Of a DNA stretch of 37,230 nt, positions 1-11,544 are shown in pieces. The translations under genes and the position numbers were made by a program. Source of the DNA: Bigelowiella natans CCMP2755 (lineage: Eukaryota > Protista > Cercozoa). How positions within the stretch are numbered: position 1 is the first letter of the stretch; every line of letters begins with the position of its first letter. Location of the stretch: the NCBI GenBank assembly GCA_000320545.1, contig ADNK01002977.1:1-37230 (forward strand), in the 5' to 3' direction. The notes under the pieces are model-generated. The model saw nothing but the letters and a program-made list of their open reading frames with translations. It was not told the DNA's origin and ran no database searches.

Positions 1-2369
1 CTTGAGCATTACCAATATTTCTTCGTTCTTCACATCGAGGCGTTGCTTCTTCTTTGGTCGTCTTCTCTCTTCATCTTCCTCTTTATCACTTTCCGAACCA
101 TTGTAGGAGTCTTCCTCTTTCTTCTCTTCTTCACGGGAAGTACTACTCCTCCTCCTACTACTACTACCACTACTACTATCCATACTAGTATTATTTCTAA
201 GCGATGAAGCGATCTTGAATATGCGAGTTCGACAAAAACGGCTGTCAAAGCTTTCCGCTGCACCTTTAAGAGTTGTGCGATGCTTATACCTAAGACGGAA
301 GAAGAAAAACAAGAAGAATAAATGATGAGGAGAATATGAGGCTGGGAGAGCACGGCTAGTCAAAGAAACCACAAACACTTGCAAGGTGTATAACTTCGAG
401 GTTGCTGCTAATGGCGCAGCTCGATGGTAGCAATGGTAGGTGTATAATCAAATGAAATCGAGGACAAGAAATACAATTATTTCACAACACACCCTGGGAA
501 TTGCTTTTCGTCAAATAACCTCATAGCATGGACACGAAAACTGAACAGAAAACAGATCAACAGTCAGAGTTTTAATTATTGTAATTTTTACGAAGCAACT
601 TGGAAGATAAAAATCCTTATTTCTAAAATCAGACAAGCACCAAGTACATAGGCCTCCCCTCTAACCCTACTAATATTCTCTGAACACTTTACTTGCACAG
701 AGGCACGGAGGAAATTCTTAATGAAAAAAATAAATGTTGGCTTATACATTTCTCTAATTTTCAAAATATTGACACAAGATTAGGCTCCCTCTATACAACT
801 ATCTTCGCTGTGCTTTCCCGGAAACATCAAGAACTTAATGCTGGCTAATTTTCCGAAGCTAGTAACTGCTACTTGGAGTACCCCGCAGTAGCAGCTTGTT
901 CCTCTATCTTCCAGTTGGAGTACGGAGGCTTGTCTCTTTTGGAAAATGGACAAATGAATTTTTAGTGGTAGTGCGGTAAGGAGGGTAAAATAAAAGTTTA
1001 AAAAAAAAGTAAAACAATGATGAAGAAAGAGAAAAAAATAACAAACAAAGAGCAGGATCAGGAAAAGGAAAGAAAGAAAAAAATGGAGAAAGCAAGAATA
1101 ACAAAGTATTCTAAAGAAAGTATAATTTTAAACTAGCAATATTTCACCGTAACGTCACATGAACCTCCCCGTTGGGAATAATGACGTGCCTCACTGAAGA
1201 AAAAAAGTCACGCAAAAGCGCCTTGTTTACGTGAACTCCTGAAACACACGACGAAAAGATCACCCACTCCGGTCATTAAATGAATGCTGGCAACATTGTA
1301 AGCATCTGCCATGCAACTCCCTATTGTATATCTGGGTATTACGTTATAAGCATCTGCCATGCAACTCCCTACTGTATATCTGGGTATTACGTTGTTGCCC
1401 AGAGTGTGGAAAGTTAAAGATCACTCGAGCAAACTTCGATTGCGAGAGACCCCTCTTTTTGCACACAAAGCACAGAGAGAGGCGTCAGTATTTTGCCCCA
1501 GTACTGTAGTATAATAACTTCTTGTTGTACAGAATGAAATGATGATGATGCTGCATCATCATTCGTATTTAATTTTAACTAACATGATGATGATGATGAT
1601 GATGATGATGAATCATCACTAGTCGTATTTAATTTAAACTAACATAATGATGATGATGATGATCCATAATCACTAGTCGTATTTAATTTAAACTAACATG
1701 ATGTAGAACCATGGTGTGGAGCTTTCGGCAATCGATTCCATGCATGACAGTCGCCTAACAAAGCAGCATACCATAAATAAAAAACGTACAACTTACTTCT
1801 CATCCTGGACCATCATAATATGCTTGGTCGTTACCTTATATCTCTTGATTTCAGTTATAATCATTGCAGCATTGGAATACTTTCTGGAAATAACATCCTG
1901 AGGCAAATATCGTATTTGAACTGGGAACGTGTGCTGGTGATCTGTGTGGAACTAATAAGTACCGCCGTGTCATACGAAGTACAAACTATGCTGGAACCAT
2001 CCCTCCGAGGTCTGTAAATAACAGAAAAGTACACAACAGCATATTATAAGAAAATACGGCCCTGGTGTGACTCTCTTTCCATTCTCTCTTAAAACAAATC
2101 ATCGACCTAGATCGGATTAGGCCTCTGGAAAAGGAGAAATCCCCGTCCCCGACCACAAGGATTTTCGCTATGCATGTTTTGTTCTCTTCCTTTATCTTAG
2201 ATTGGGATTTCGCTTGACCAGAGAATTCCTTTTTCTGACGGGAATCAATAGATTCTAAGGGATCGTAACTCTTCTTATCCTTCTTTTTTGACGAGGAGGG
2301 TCTGAACTGTCTCTTGTTCAGCTTTCTCCTGTCCGCTTTTCGCTTGCGAGCGCGATCCCGTTTTCCCAT
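1..2369 (-). CDS. BMT5: 25S rRNA (uridine-N3)-methyltransferase BMT5-like / DUF2431 protein; about 9 exons; 3' end runs off the window
   Basis: ATG at 2369. Exons joined at GT-AG give KILVVGDGDFSFSRGL (2107-2369), IVCTSYDTA, DVISRKYSNA, VMHGIDCRKL, FARVIFNFPHSG, VNKALLRDFF..GEVHVTL (1148-1238), KPPYSNWKIEEQA, FDEKQFPG, YKHRTT and then an acidic/basic tail. These are the DUF2431 motifs in order. Confidence 0.9.
1301..1393. repeat. 48-bp tandem duplication at a 5' splice site
   Basis: agcatctgccatgcaactccctaYtgtatatctgggtattacgtt starts at 1301 and again at 1349. Confidence 0.95.
1540..1703. repeat. Three ~60-bp intronic tandem units containing (GAT)n
   Basis: tcgtatttaatttWaactaacat occurs three times, separated by gatgat runs. 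Confidence 0.9.
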
Positions 2370-2489
2370 GAAGAGGAGACGATTTGTGTTTCCGAGAGTC
2401 CTTCTGTCTGGTTCCTCTTCCTCTTCGGCTTCGTCTTCGCGCCTCCTCCTTCTCCTTCTTCCTCTTCGAACAATGGGAATGCGTTGAGT

Positions 2490-4440
2490 CACAACGAAAC
2501 CGGGATTAACACCGACAGTGACCGGTGTTCTTGTACTCGAATGTTGCCTTCCCATGATGTTGCGCAGAAAGAAAGAAATCATGCTCTCTTTGTTCAATGT
2601 TTTTTGCATGATCATCATGATCCCCGCACAAAAGACAATGAAACTAGGAATGGAGGAGTTGGACATCCAAGACACCTTTTCTTCTGACTGCGTTTGCGTG
2701 TCACGCAACACTTTGGAAACGTCAGTCGTTGGAAAATGGACGAGGATTTCAAACGAGATCTTCAAGCTCCTCGTTGGCCAAAGTGCTATTCTTGATTCCT
2801 TCTGGTTTCACTGGTTGCTCGAGTTTGGACCTCACCAAAGTCAGTTCGAGGCACTGCGTTTCGCACACTGCAAGTCTTGTCACACTTTGGAAGTGGGTTT
2901 TTCATCATTGTTCATTGTTCAAGTGTCTTCCAACGTTTTGGAAGTGCAGCTTGTCACCATTGTTTCATTGTTTCGCACATTGGAAATGTCTTGCAACACT
3001 TTGAAAGTGCAGTCAATCATCGTGTTCACCTGTTCGTCTGTTTCGAAGTTTCTTTCTGCTTCTTTCTTCCTTCTGAGAACTTGACAAGGACGTTCATTCT
3101 TCGTTTGCTGCGCCGTTCCTCTCCACTTTCAGTTGCGCTGCCTCACTGCAGGCACGCACGCCAACTTTGCATCGTGCTGGTTCTCACACCAGAGAGAGCT
3201 CTGAGGCACTGCGTTTGGCACTTTGCAAGTGTCATGCAACACTTTGAAAACGCAGTCGATCACCATGTTTCTTCCTTTCTTCTTTGTTCGATTCTTTCTT
3301 TCCTCGTTGTTTTCAGCTCGAGGCACTGCGCAGTGCGTTTCACACTTTGCAAGTGTCCTGCCACACTTGCAAGTGCAGTCGAGAGACACTGCAGACTGGT
3401 TCTTGTTTCGTTTGGTGATCACCTTGCTTCACGTTTCGTTCGTGCCATGCGTCTCCTTTTTGCTTGGTGTCACTTCACTCACTCATTCACCTCAAGACCT
3501 GCACACGATTCGACACCCAAAACCAGCAAAAAGCAGTGCACACGACACGCCGCCAGCACGAAACATCATGAACGTCTAGACGTGCCAGCAGGGCCATTCC
3601 AGCAGTCCAGCAGTGCACGCAGTGAACCACACACACCTCTAGACCTGTGTGCGAGGGTTGCGGGCTGACCACTGACTGCAGCTGACCTTCACTTGCACAC
3701 GCACAACCTCGCTAGCTCGCGCAGTGCTGAAGTGCCAGAGTGGTCTCATCAGCTGCAAAAGCTAGCAAGTGTGCACCCGCATGCGCACCACGCACGCTAG
3801 CACGCTGCTAGGCTGGTGGATGCACACCCAGCACATCACAGCTGTGGTTGACTACCACGTCCACTGATGTGTCGTGCACGCCTAGACGCGCACGCGTCAT
3901 TGCTGGTGCACGTGCACAATGGTTGCGATGCTGGCCTGCACGCGTGTCATTGCTGAATTGCGGGGGGCCATCTTTGCCACGCTAGCACGCTCAACGTACG
4001 TGCTTCGCACACATGTTTGTCATCGTCTCGTGTTGAACGATCAGTGTGCATCACCTCTGCCAATCTCTTAGATCTAGCTAGCTAGACCTGCTGAATCATG
4101 CTGCACGGTGAATCGAAGATGCAGCTAGTGGACATGCAATCATGCCAATGTGGCAGCCTGTGCATACACTAAAACAAGACAACAGCACATGCATCAGTCA
4201 TGCCACATCGACATCTCAATTGAGCCATTTGCAACGTGTTGAAAATTGGGAATGTGTTTCAACAATGAGTGTGTAGATGTCAACACGATTTGCGGTCGAA
4301 ATCTCTGGAGTAGCGGCTTTGCACACTCGATTGCCACTGTATTTTCTGCAATCAATGAAACAATCATGCAAAAAACAAGTAATGGAGCCATGAACTAATT
4401 GCCACACTCGTCATTGGTGAACGATTTTCTGCATTGCGTT
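2490..4440. other. TpA-depleted, TpG/CpA-rich intergenic block 1
   Basis: No TA in 2789-3576. Only six TA in 2789-3852, all within CTAG. CpG is retained. Overlapping long ORFs contain no Tyr. Confidence 0.9.
2699..3382 (+). repeat. Dispersed ~30-65-bp repeat, about 6 full or partial copies, quasi-palindromic core
   Basis: Consensus gaggcactgcgtttc..acacWtTgcaagtgtc..gcaacactttgRaagtgcagtc at about 2699, 2848, 2920, 2970, 3203 and 3320. Confidence 0.8.
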
Positions 4441-4471
4441 CGCAGAGCATCGTCATCTCTTCTTCCGCTGG

Positions 4472-5843
4472 TTAGTGGCTATTCTCCGAAAGCACACGCT
4501 TCCCAATTTCCCCAACAACACGTTCCGCACTTTCTATTGCACCGTTAATATATCTACAAATTAACAATACAAAATGATCAAAAGGCTGTACCATTAGCGA
4601 AAGCATAATCATGATGATCATAATACCAATGATGACGATGTGGTAATGGGATATAATGATAAGACGATGCATGTACTGTTGCATTGGTAGGTATCATCAC
4701 TTCCTACTACTACTGCTAATATACTACCCAAAGCCATCTAGCGCGTAATCTGCTCCTGCCCAGTATATTCTTCCTAAAAACAAAGATGATGATGATGGTA
4801 TGATTGATGCACATGAAGATCGATGATCACATTAATGCGGATATTAGCACAGGAACAAAAATCTGAGACTTTTGCTCACTACAACAGCAACTACTTAACT
4901 CGAGAATCTGTTTAGGTGCTATTATTGCATTCAGATTATGTCCTTCTGCGAATGAAATCAAAATATGTGCTAGATGAAAACTATAAATCGTATCCTTCCC
5001 ACCAAATGAAGAACGAAGGGCGTGTCCGTACTGAAAGATGAATGAACAACAGTGTCATTGGTGTGCGTGTGCGTGCGTGTGCGCGCGCGTGTGTGTTTGT
5101 GTTTGTGTGTGTGTGTGTGTAATGCTTCGTACAGAAGAAGCAAAAGAAAAGGAAAGGACAATTTCTTTTGTATGAGTATGTGTAAGTGTGCTATTTCGAA
5201 TATTTCTCACGTGATCAAATCTAGCCAAGTAAGAACATGATCAAGTATCTCACTCATAGACAAAACATCGAACATAAATATTCGAATTAACGATTATGGC
5301 ACCGTTACCATCACCTGTGTCCACACTCCAGGAGGAAAATAAGAACTGTACGCGCCTCCTATATGCCTACAATAGGAAGAATTAAATAAGAAAAGAAGAA
5401 GAGTAAGGAAGAGAAAGAAATAGGGTATGGAGATGACTAGCTGGTTATGTATAGGATATAGTAACTGCCCAAACTAAAAAGTGAAGGATCAACAAAGAAG
5501 ATGAGGAAGAACATGATACAGATCGATAGCGGGAGGGAGGGAGACATGAAAAAAGTAAAATATCATCATACTCCTGGGCTGCCCAATTAAAGTCGAGATA
5601 CTCTGTGGCCTCCTCTTTGGCTTCCTCACCCTAAGTAGTATCAGCAGCAGAAACGGAAGAATATACTTCAGTTTGAACACCAACAACACATTGGTCTCTA
5701 TGTCGTCTATTGCTACTCTGCTCACCATAATCACTTAATTGGGCAAGAGCAACAGGACAGTTACACGTAGTGAAGAGAATGATAATGATGACGATGACGA
5801 TGATGATATTAATGATGATGATGATATGATGATGATGATGATA

Positions 5844-5879
<36 letters not shown>

Positions 5880-6010
5880 GGGGGTTAAATATAGAGATAA
5901 GGGGGATAGATAGGCAGGCTGAAGTATACCAAAGCTTGGGACAACCATGACGTGACTATCTGAACCTGATAAGATGATTGACATCATCAACTTGGATAAT
6001 AATCGTGATA

Positions 6011-6045
<35 letters not shown>

Positions 6046-8411
6046 TATGAAAATGCTATTCATTCCCCTAAAATAATATAAATATACGAACTCTTTCATC
6101 GTTAGATTTCATTCCCAAAATAATATAAATATACGAACTCTTTCATCGTGAGATTTCTCCATAAGCTTTACGCTACAATCTCCCTCCAAGAAGCACAACA
6201 AAACCTTTTTTAAGGATGATAATCAGTAACGATCATGCAGGTAGTGAATCAGAGGTATGGAGTGCGTTATCCTAGTATTCGTCGTTGTTGTTGTCGGTGT
6301 AGCCTGTAAGTTTTTAAAGTGAATGAATAAATAATGACCCCTTTTTTTCCTGAGTAGGGGCTATTATCAAAGCAGTTTGAAAGCAGGATAGAAGAAGAAG
6401 AAGAAGAAGAAGAAGAAGACGCAGAATTTTTTAGTGTCTGCTGCTGCCCCTGCTGCTTCAACTCCTTCGGAATCTGAATACGTGCTTGCTCTTTCTCTTC
6501 TATTATTTCCTCCAGAGAAATGTTAGTAGAGACGGATGCCAGGACAGTGCCGCTCCAACCCTTATCCCTCCAAAATGCCCTTTTTTATATGAGTTTTAAG
6601 AGAAAGAAAGCAAAAATATGAGTGAGAAGTAGAACGAAGAGCTTCAAAAGAGTAGTGGGAGGAATAATGAAAAGTATAATTTATTTTAGGTTTATGGTCT
6701 ATTAATCTCATATTCATTCCCCTCCTCTTGTCGTCATTCAATATACCCCATCATCGTCTTTACAGTTTTATCGCATACTTCTCAACCATCACTCTACCTT
6801 GGAAAAATGGCCTGGAATTTAACCGAGTTACCCTGCAAACAGCAGTTACGTATTGTCGTTAGTCGTCTAGCAGATGCTTTATATGTGCTAAGTTTATGAA
6901 GTCTCTCTTAGAGTCACTACTACTACCACTACTACTACTACTACAAATCTACCACTCCTTCTACATACTACCATTGGAAGGCGCTGAAAAAGCTGTCGTT
7001 TATCATATGGTAGGGGCGGTTTGTAGATGATACCCAACCCTGTCGTAGGTGGTGGGCCAGTGACTATGGCATATTTAGCCCGAACAGTAAAGAAGGTGGT
7101 GGACGAAGATGGTGTTGGTAGTAGGGATGAAGAAGCTTCTTTTTCCACGCGAAATGTTATCCCTGATTCATCTTGGCGTATTTCGCGCACTGGAGATGAC
7201 AGATGGACTGTAGAGCCAAATGGTCTTTGAGACATGAGCTGAGACGCAATTTTCAGCGGGGGTGCTTGGGTACCTCTGTAATAGTTTAGTTAGCAGTGGA
7301 ATAATGAATGATGAGGGGGGTGATTGATCCGCAACGATCTTGCGATAATGATATATTCGTAGTATATCTACTACTCATTATTACCCCCTAACACGGTATT
7401 GCTGCTCATTTACTACTAGGTTCTCCAAGCCTCCAGCAGCTCGGATGTAGAACAGGATATGTAAGAATGAAACTACAGATGGGGATTGCGCGATCTAATT
7501 GCACCGAAAAAAGGATGAGCAGAGAAATTAGGAAACAGAAGCTTAGGATCGTGACTCAATGCATTTTTCTGGAGTAAATAATACTTTTTCTCATAATTTT
7601 TTGAATATACCATAGTCGTACAAAGTACAGCTAAGATAGTCCTAGACTCCCGCAGAGAAACTGTCGCATTGATCCATGTCTCGAATGTCATTGAGTCCCA
7701 TTCCACGGCCCCGGGAGAACTTTGTGGATTTTCTAAGTCCACAGAGGTTTGGAGTGTCTCCAAAATCTGGGCTGCATGTCTCAACTCATCCTGAACAGGA
7801 CTGGGAAGCTGCTGAAATCCGGATATAAGATCTGTGAAATTTTTCCTTCCCTCCGAAGTGAAAATCACTGAATTTCCGTCAGAGGGAGTGTATCCAGCAT
7901 CGAACACCTAAAAAGGTAAGATACGTCATAGAAATAAAACGAAGAGAAATATCTCATTTAAAGATGCATCTTTCTGCAAGTTATTGAACACCATCACTTG
8001 AAAATCTTGGGGGAAATAAATATCATTAAATGGTATTGCTTTCTTCAGCATGAAGGTGCAGACCTCAAATCCTAATTCTTCAACGACAAGACGCCAGCTG
8101 TGAGGTTGAACGGTTTTGTTCCCTAGCCACTGACCACCCAATTCGACAACATCATCATTAGCGACATCTGGTCTCTGAATCGATGTATCCCAGTTCTTTG
8201 TACGTCCCCCTGTTGTGTTCGAAGCCTCCAGTACCCGTACTGACAATCTGTGTCGAGTTGTAAGGAAGTGCGCGGCTGCCAATCCCGCATAACCGCCTCC
8301 CACAATAGCAACATCACATAAGATCTCCTCCTCAGCAAGAGATTTGACAGTAGATGAGGCTATCAAGCCGATGAAGAGGACAAGCGAAGCCATGCTGCAC
8401 TCCATCGTCAT
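4472..8411 (-). CDS. Flavin-containing amine oxidase (MAO-like) with a probable N-terminal signal peptide; about 13 exons
   Basis: DVAIVGGGYAGLAAA..VLEASNTTGGRT..VELGGQWLG; WDSMTFETW; VSFLHILFYIRAAGG; QRLPMGNSVK; AFWRDKGWSG; FNWAAQEHIGGAYSSYFPPG; GRIYWAG..GFGYINGAIESAERV; TAA at 4472. Confidence 0.92.
5775..5876. repeat. (GAT)n microsatellite in an amine oxidase intron
   Basis: Seen directly. It explains the poly-His/Ile ORF 5631..5990. Confidence 0.95.
6061..6157. repeat. ~47-bp tandem duplication spanning an exon end and 5' splice site
   Basis: aaaataatataaatatacgaactctttcatcgtKagatttc occurs twice. Confidence 0.95.
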
Positions 8412-8829
8412 GGTTGTCGATGAAAACGTAACAATGAGTCACTGAATAATCGTATGTATCGGTGACGACTATACACATCATGCGACAATGTATTGCCTAT
8501 TGTCTCTAACGGAAAACGTGTCAACTTACTTCCTTTAATTAGGGATTACATTAGGTGTTAATGATCAGACATGGAAAAAACTCTTAATGATGGTATAAGT
8601 CTTAGATCTAGTTTCCTAGTGCATTTGAAGGATAATTTGATCATGCGACAACATGCTAAACACAGCTACTAAATAACGAGTCAATACGGAACCGCGGAAT
8701 AAGGGTCGGAATGACACTTTGCCGAAGACAAGTTAGGAGTCATATGTACAAATTGGCCCCATTTTTATACATACGACAACAATATACTACTGAGAATACT
8801 AGGAATATCTGATTGAGGTTTCCCAACTC

Positions 8830-11392
8830 ATGGGGGCTCTTTGCTTCTGCTGCGTTGGGGAAGGGGGGCAGATTGACCGTGTCATGGACCGGTTTCCCCT
8901 TATTGCACTCTCCAAAGCTAAGATTGGGTTTGTTGTCAAGGCCGTTGGGTTAGTTCTCGCTGTGTTTGTGTTTATCAAATCGTCGTCGTACTATCTATCT
9001 ATCAACTTATCAATTCATTCGCATCCAATTATCTCAGGCATGTGTTGCCCGACCAGCTCTCAGGCGCATTAGTAGGCCCTGTGACCGGGAGGCCGTGTGT
9101 TTTCTATCACATTATCATTACAGAAAAATGGGTTGAAAGAAGCATGGTTAACAATCAGGTCGATCACTTCTCCAAATCATCATTCCGACACCGCATTGAC
9201 TACCATTTTCCTCTCTCTTGTCCGTAGGTCCAGGAGCGCAAAAGATCAAGGACTGTGGTGAACGAGAAGCGTTCTGTTGACTTTTGGATTTGCGATGGCA
9301 CCTCTAGAGCGTTTGTGCGCGGATCATTGCTAGCAAATATTCGAATTCGAACAGTCAACGTTCGCAAAGGAGGTGTCCCCTCTGCAGCACAAGCTTACTA
9401 CAACCGCGGTGCATTTGGTGGGGGAGCCAATCCGTATGGAAGAAACGCATATAATAGACGCGGACAGCCAATGTATATGGGTGCACCTCCCGTGGCAAGT
9501 CTGGGATTTTCCAGGATTCCAGGGCGACAGTATGAATCAGAGGAGAAGGTGATTGAGGTGAACGAAAAAGTCTCAGTTCTTGGCCACCTCGTCGATCAAA
9601 AAGCGTCACAAGGCGCGCTACCAACGATGATACCTCTGAGCAAACAAGCAATAACTGGAGAGTATATGGAAAAGAATGAGTGGACAGACTGGGACAAACG
9701 TTCATGGGCAGCGCTCACCAAAAGGTTGTAGTGAAGATTGTCGTCCAAATATGATCAGCATCAATATCATTGTAATAGACATTGTCACTTGCCAACTAAG
9801 TAGTATTTTTGGTATGATGGATGGTCAGAAGCCCTGTTGTGTTCGTTTCCAATCGCGATCGAGGTGTGAAAATGGTGCCAGTTCGTATGCCGCCCCCACC
9901 TCAGCTCACAGCCCAGCAACATCCACCACCATCTCACCAACAGCAGCAGCAGGTAGCAATAGACCGTTCTACTAATTGACAAGGATATATGTGTATTCTA
10001 AATATTCGCACAGTTTACTTTTTTTATCTCTTCATTTTGGACATTCAAGGATGTTCTGCTGTTCGTTGAATCAAGATTATTTTTACCTCACTTTGATAGC
10101 AACGTCGGGTTGAAAGCAAGGAGGTAAAATTGGGCAATATCGTTGTAATTCCAAGGGATAAAATCACAATGGGGAATGAGCTGGGCCGTGGTAACTTCGG
10201 GGTTGCATACCGAGCAACCTATAACGGTGGCACTGTCGTCGTGAAGGTTCGTCCATAATCACAAGGGAGATATGATGCCAGCAGATAATAATGGCGATGA
10301 ATTTTGTCTTATGACACATATTGCATTAACCTTTTATCTACTTCTGATCGTAGGTACCCAAGGTTGCCACTGAAGCAGATTTCCAAGAAATGGCAAGTTT
10401 CGCGCAAATAACAAATCATCCCAACGTTCTTACTCTTGTCGGAATGACGGATATTGATGGGAAAATGAGTTTTGTCACAGAGTTTTGTGCTCTAGGAAGG
10501 TTTACCTAATATTATGCGCGTCTACGATCCTGCACATTGCATGCTTCACAATCGCACAAATTTCTAATTATGTTCTATTTTTGCTATATTATTATCATAT
10601 CACATTATTATTAATAATATGTTATGCTTCACAGCTTAGATAGACTACACAATCGTAAGGATTTGAACATGCACACGGAGAGCGTTTTTTTGAGGATAGC
10701 TGGTGACGTTGGCAGGGGTCTCACTCATCTTCACAAGCTTGGAATTGTCCAAAGGGTCATTAATTTTCCACCTTGTGCTTTTACTGATGATGAAATATGG
10801 TTATAATGACATAGTTTTTCTCTTATCTACACAGGACATCGCCTGTCGCCACCTATTGATGGATCATGCAGGGAAAGTTTTGATTGCCGATTGGGGCCTT
10901 TCTCGTCGATTAAATAATGGAGTATACCAGCAAAATAACAGTGCTGTTGCTTGGCCGTGGGCTGCACCAGAGAGCTTGAAGACAGGGAGATTTACGCAGA
11001 AAACAGACATTTGGATGTTGGGTGTGACCTTCTTCGAGATTCTTTCCCAGGGGAAAGACCCATATGACTGGAGAAATTGCGACAGACGCATAGCGAGCAG
11101 AAACATTGTCGAGGGAAATCTCAAATTGGATGTTCCTACTGGTGCTCCTTATCTTCCTGGACAAATCATGACAGCTTGCCTAGCATTCAAGGCACGAGAA
11201 CGTCCCACTGCAGAACAAGTCGTCATGGCTGTGCAACAAAGAACTGTAACCGTTTTACAAATTTCAAAAAGCTCGTATGCTAACATTGGGGATCTAGAAC
11301 AAACAGGTTATGCCATTCCAGAGGACATCACGTATCAAAACGAGCAGAGACAAAAAGAAGGCCCTGAAGCTCCTTTACTAGAAAAACAATGA
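8830..11392 (+). CDS. Protein with an acylation-type N-terminus, a GIDE-like domain, a Pro/Gln linker and an atypical tyrosine-kinase-like domain; about 8 exons
   Basis: MGALCFCC; LVGPVTGRPCVFY..DFWICDGTSRAFV; LGRGNFGVAY..VVVK; HPNVLTLVG; VTEFCALGSL; IVQR|DIACRHLL..IADWGLSR; WPWAAPE; TDIWMLGVTFFE. Exon phases join both halves in frame. TGA ends at 11392. Confidence 0.85.
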
Positions 11393-11453
11393 GTTCCTCA
11401 TCTATCTACTTTCTTCCTGCTTTCCTGTATTATTCCTAGAGATGTAGATAGTA

Positions 11454-11507
11454 AAAGAGGAACACTGAGGAAACCTGTGCTCTAGGCTTGAAATTGGCGC
11501 ACGCAAC

Positions 11508-11544
<37 letters not shown>

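Noticed and set aside
2370-2765. N-terminal extension of BMT5 in ORF 1986..2765
   Set aside because: It runs into TA-poor DNA and has a non-ATG start. ATG 2369 is the more plausible start, though not proven.
2699-3382. CRISPR-like array
   Set aside because: Repeats are degenerate, spacing is irregular, there are no cas genes and the context is eukaryotic.
2518-3668. Long ORFs 2518..3084, 2877..3668 and 3223..3579 as genes
   Set aside because: They overlap in several frames, lack Tyr and show no motifs. Loss of TAA/TAG in TA-free DNA explains them.
2490-4440. Classical RIP or CpG-methylation decay as the cause of the TG/CA excess
   Set aside because: RIP would raise TA and CpG decay would remove CG. 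Here TA is missing and CG is common.
5700-5760. Imperfect intronic hairpin followed by ACA on the minus strand
   Set aside because: A single weak stem with no second hairpin or clear target; not enough to call an ncRNA.
5631-5990. Poly-His/Ile/Met/YI/ER ORFs here and at 18571-18930 and 36198-37126
   Set aside because: The low-complexity runs are translations of intronic microsatellites.
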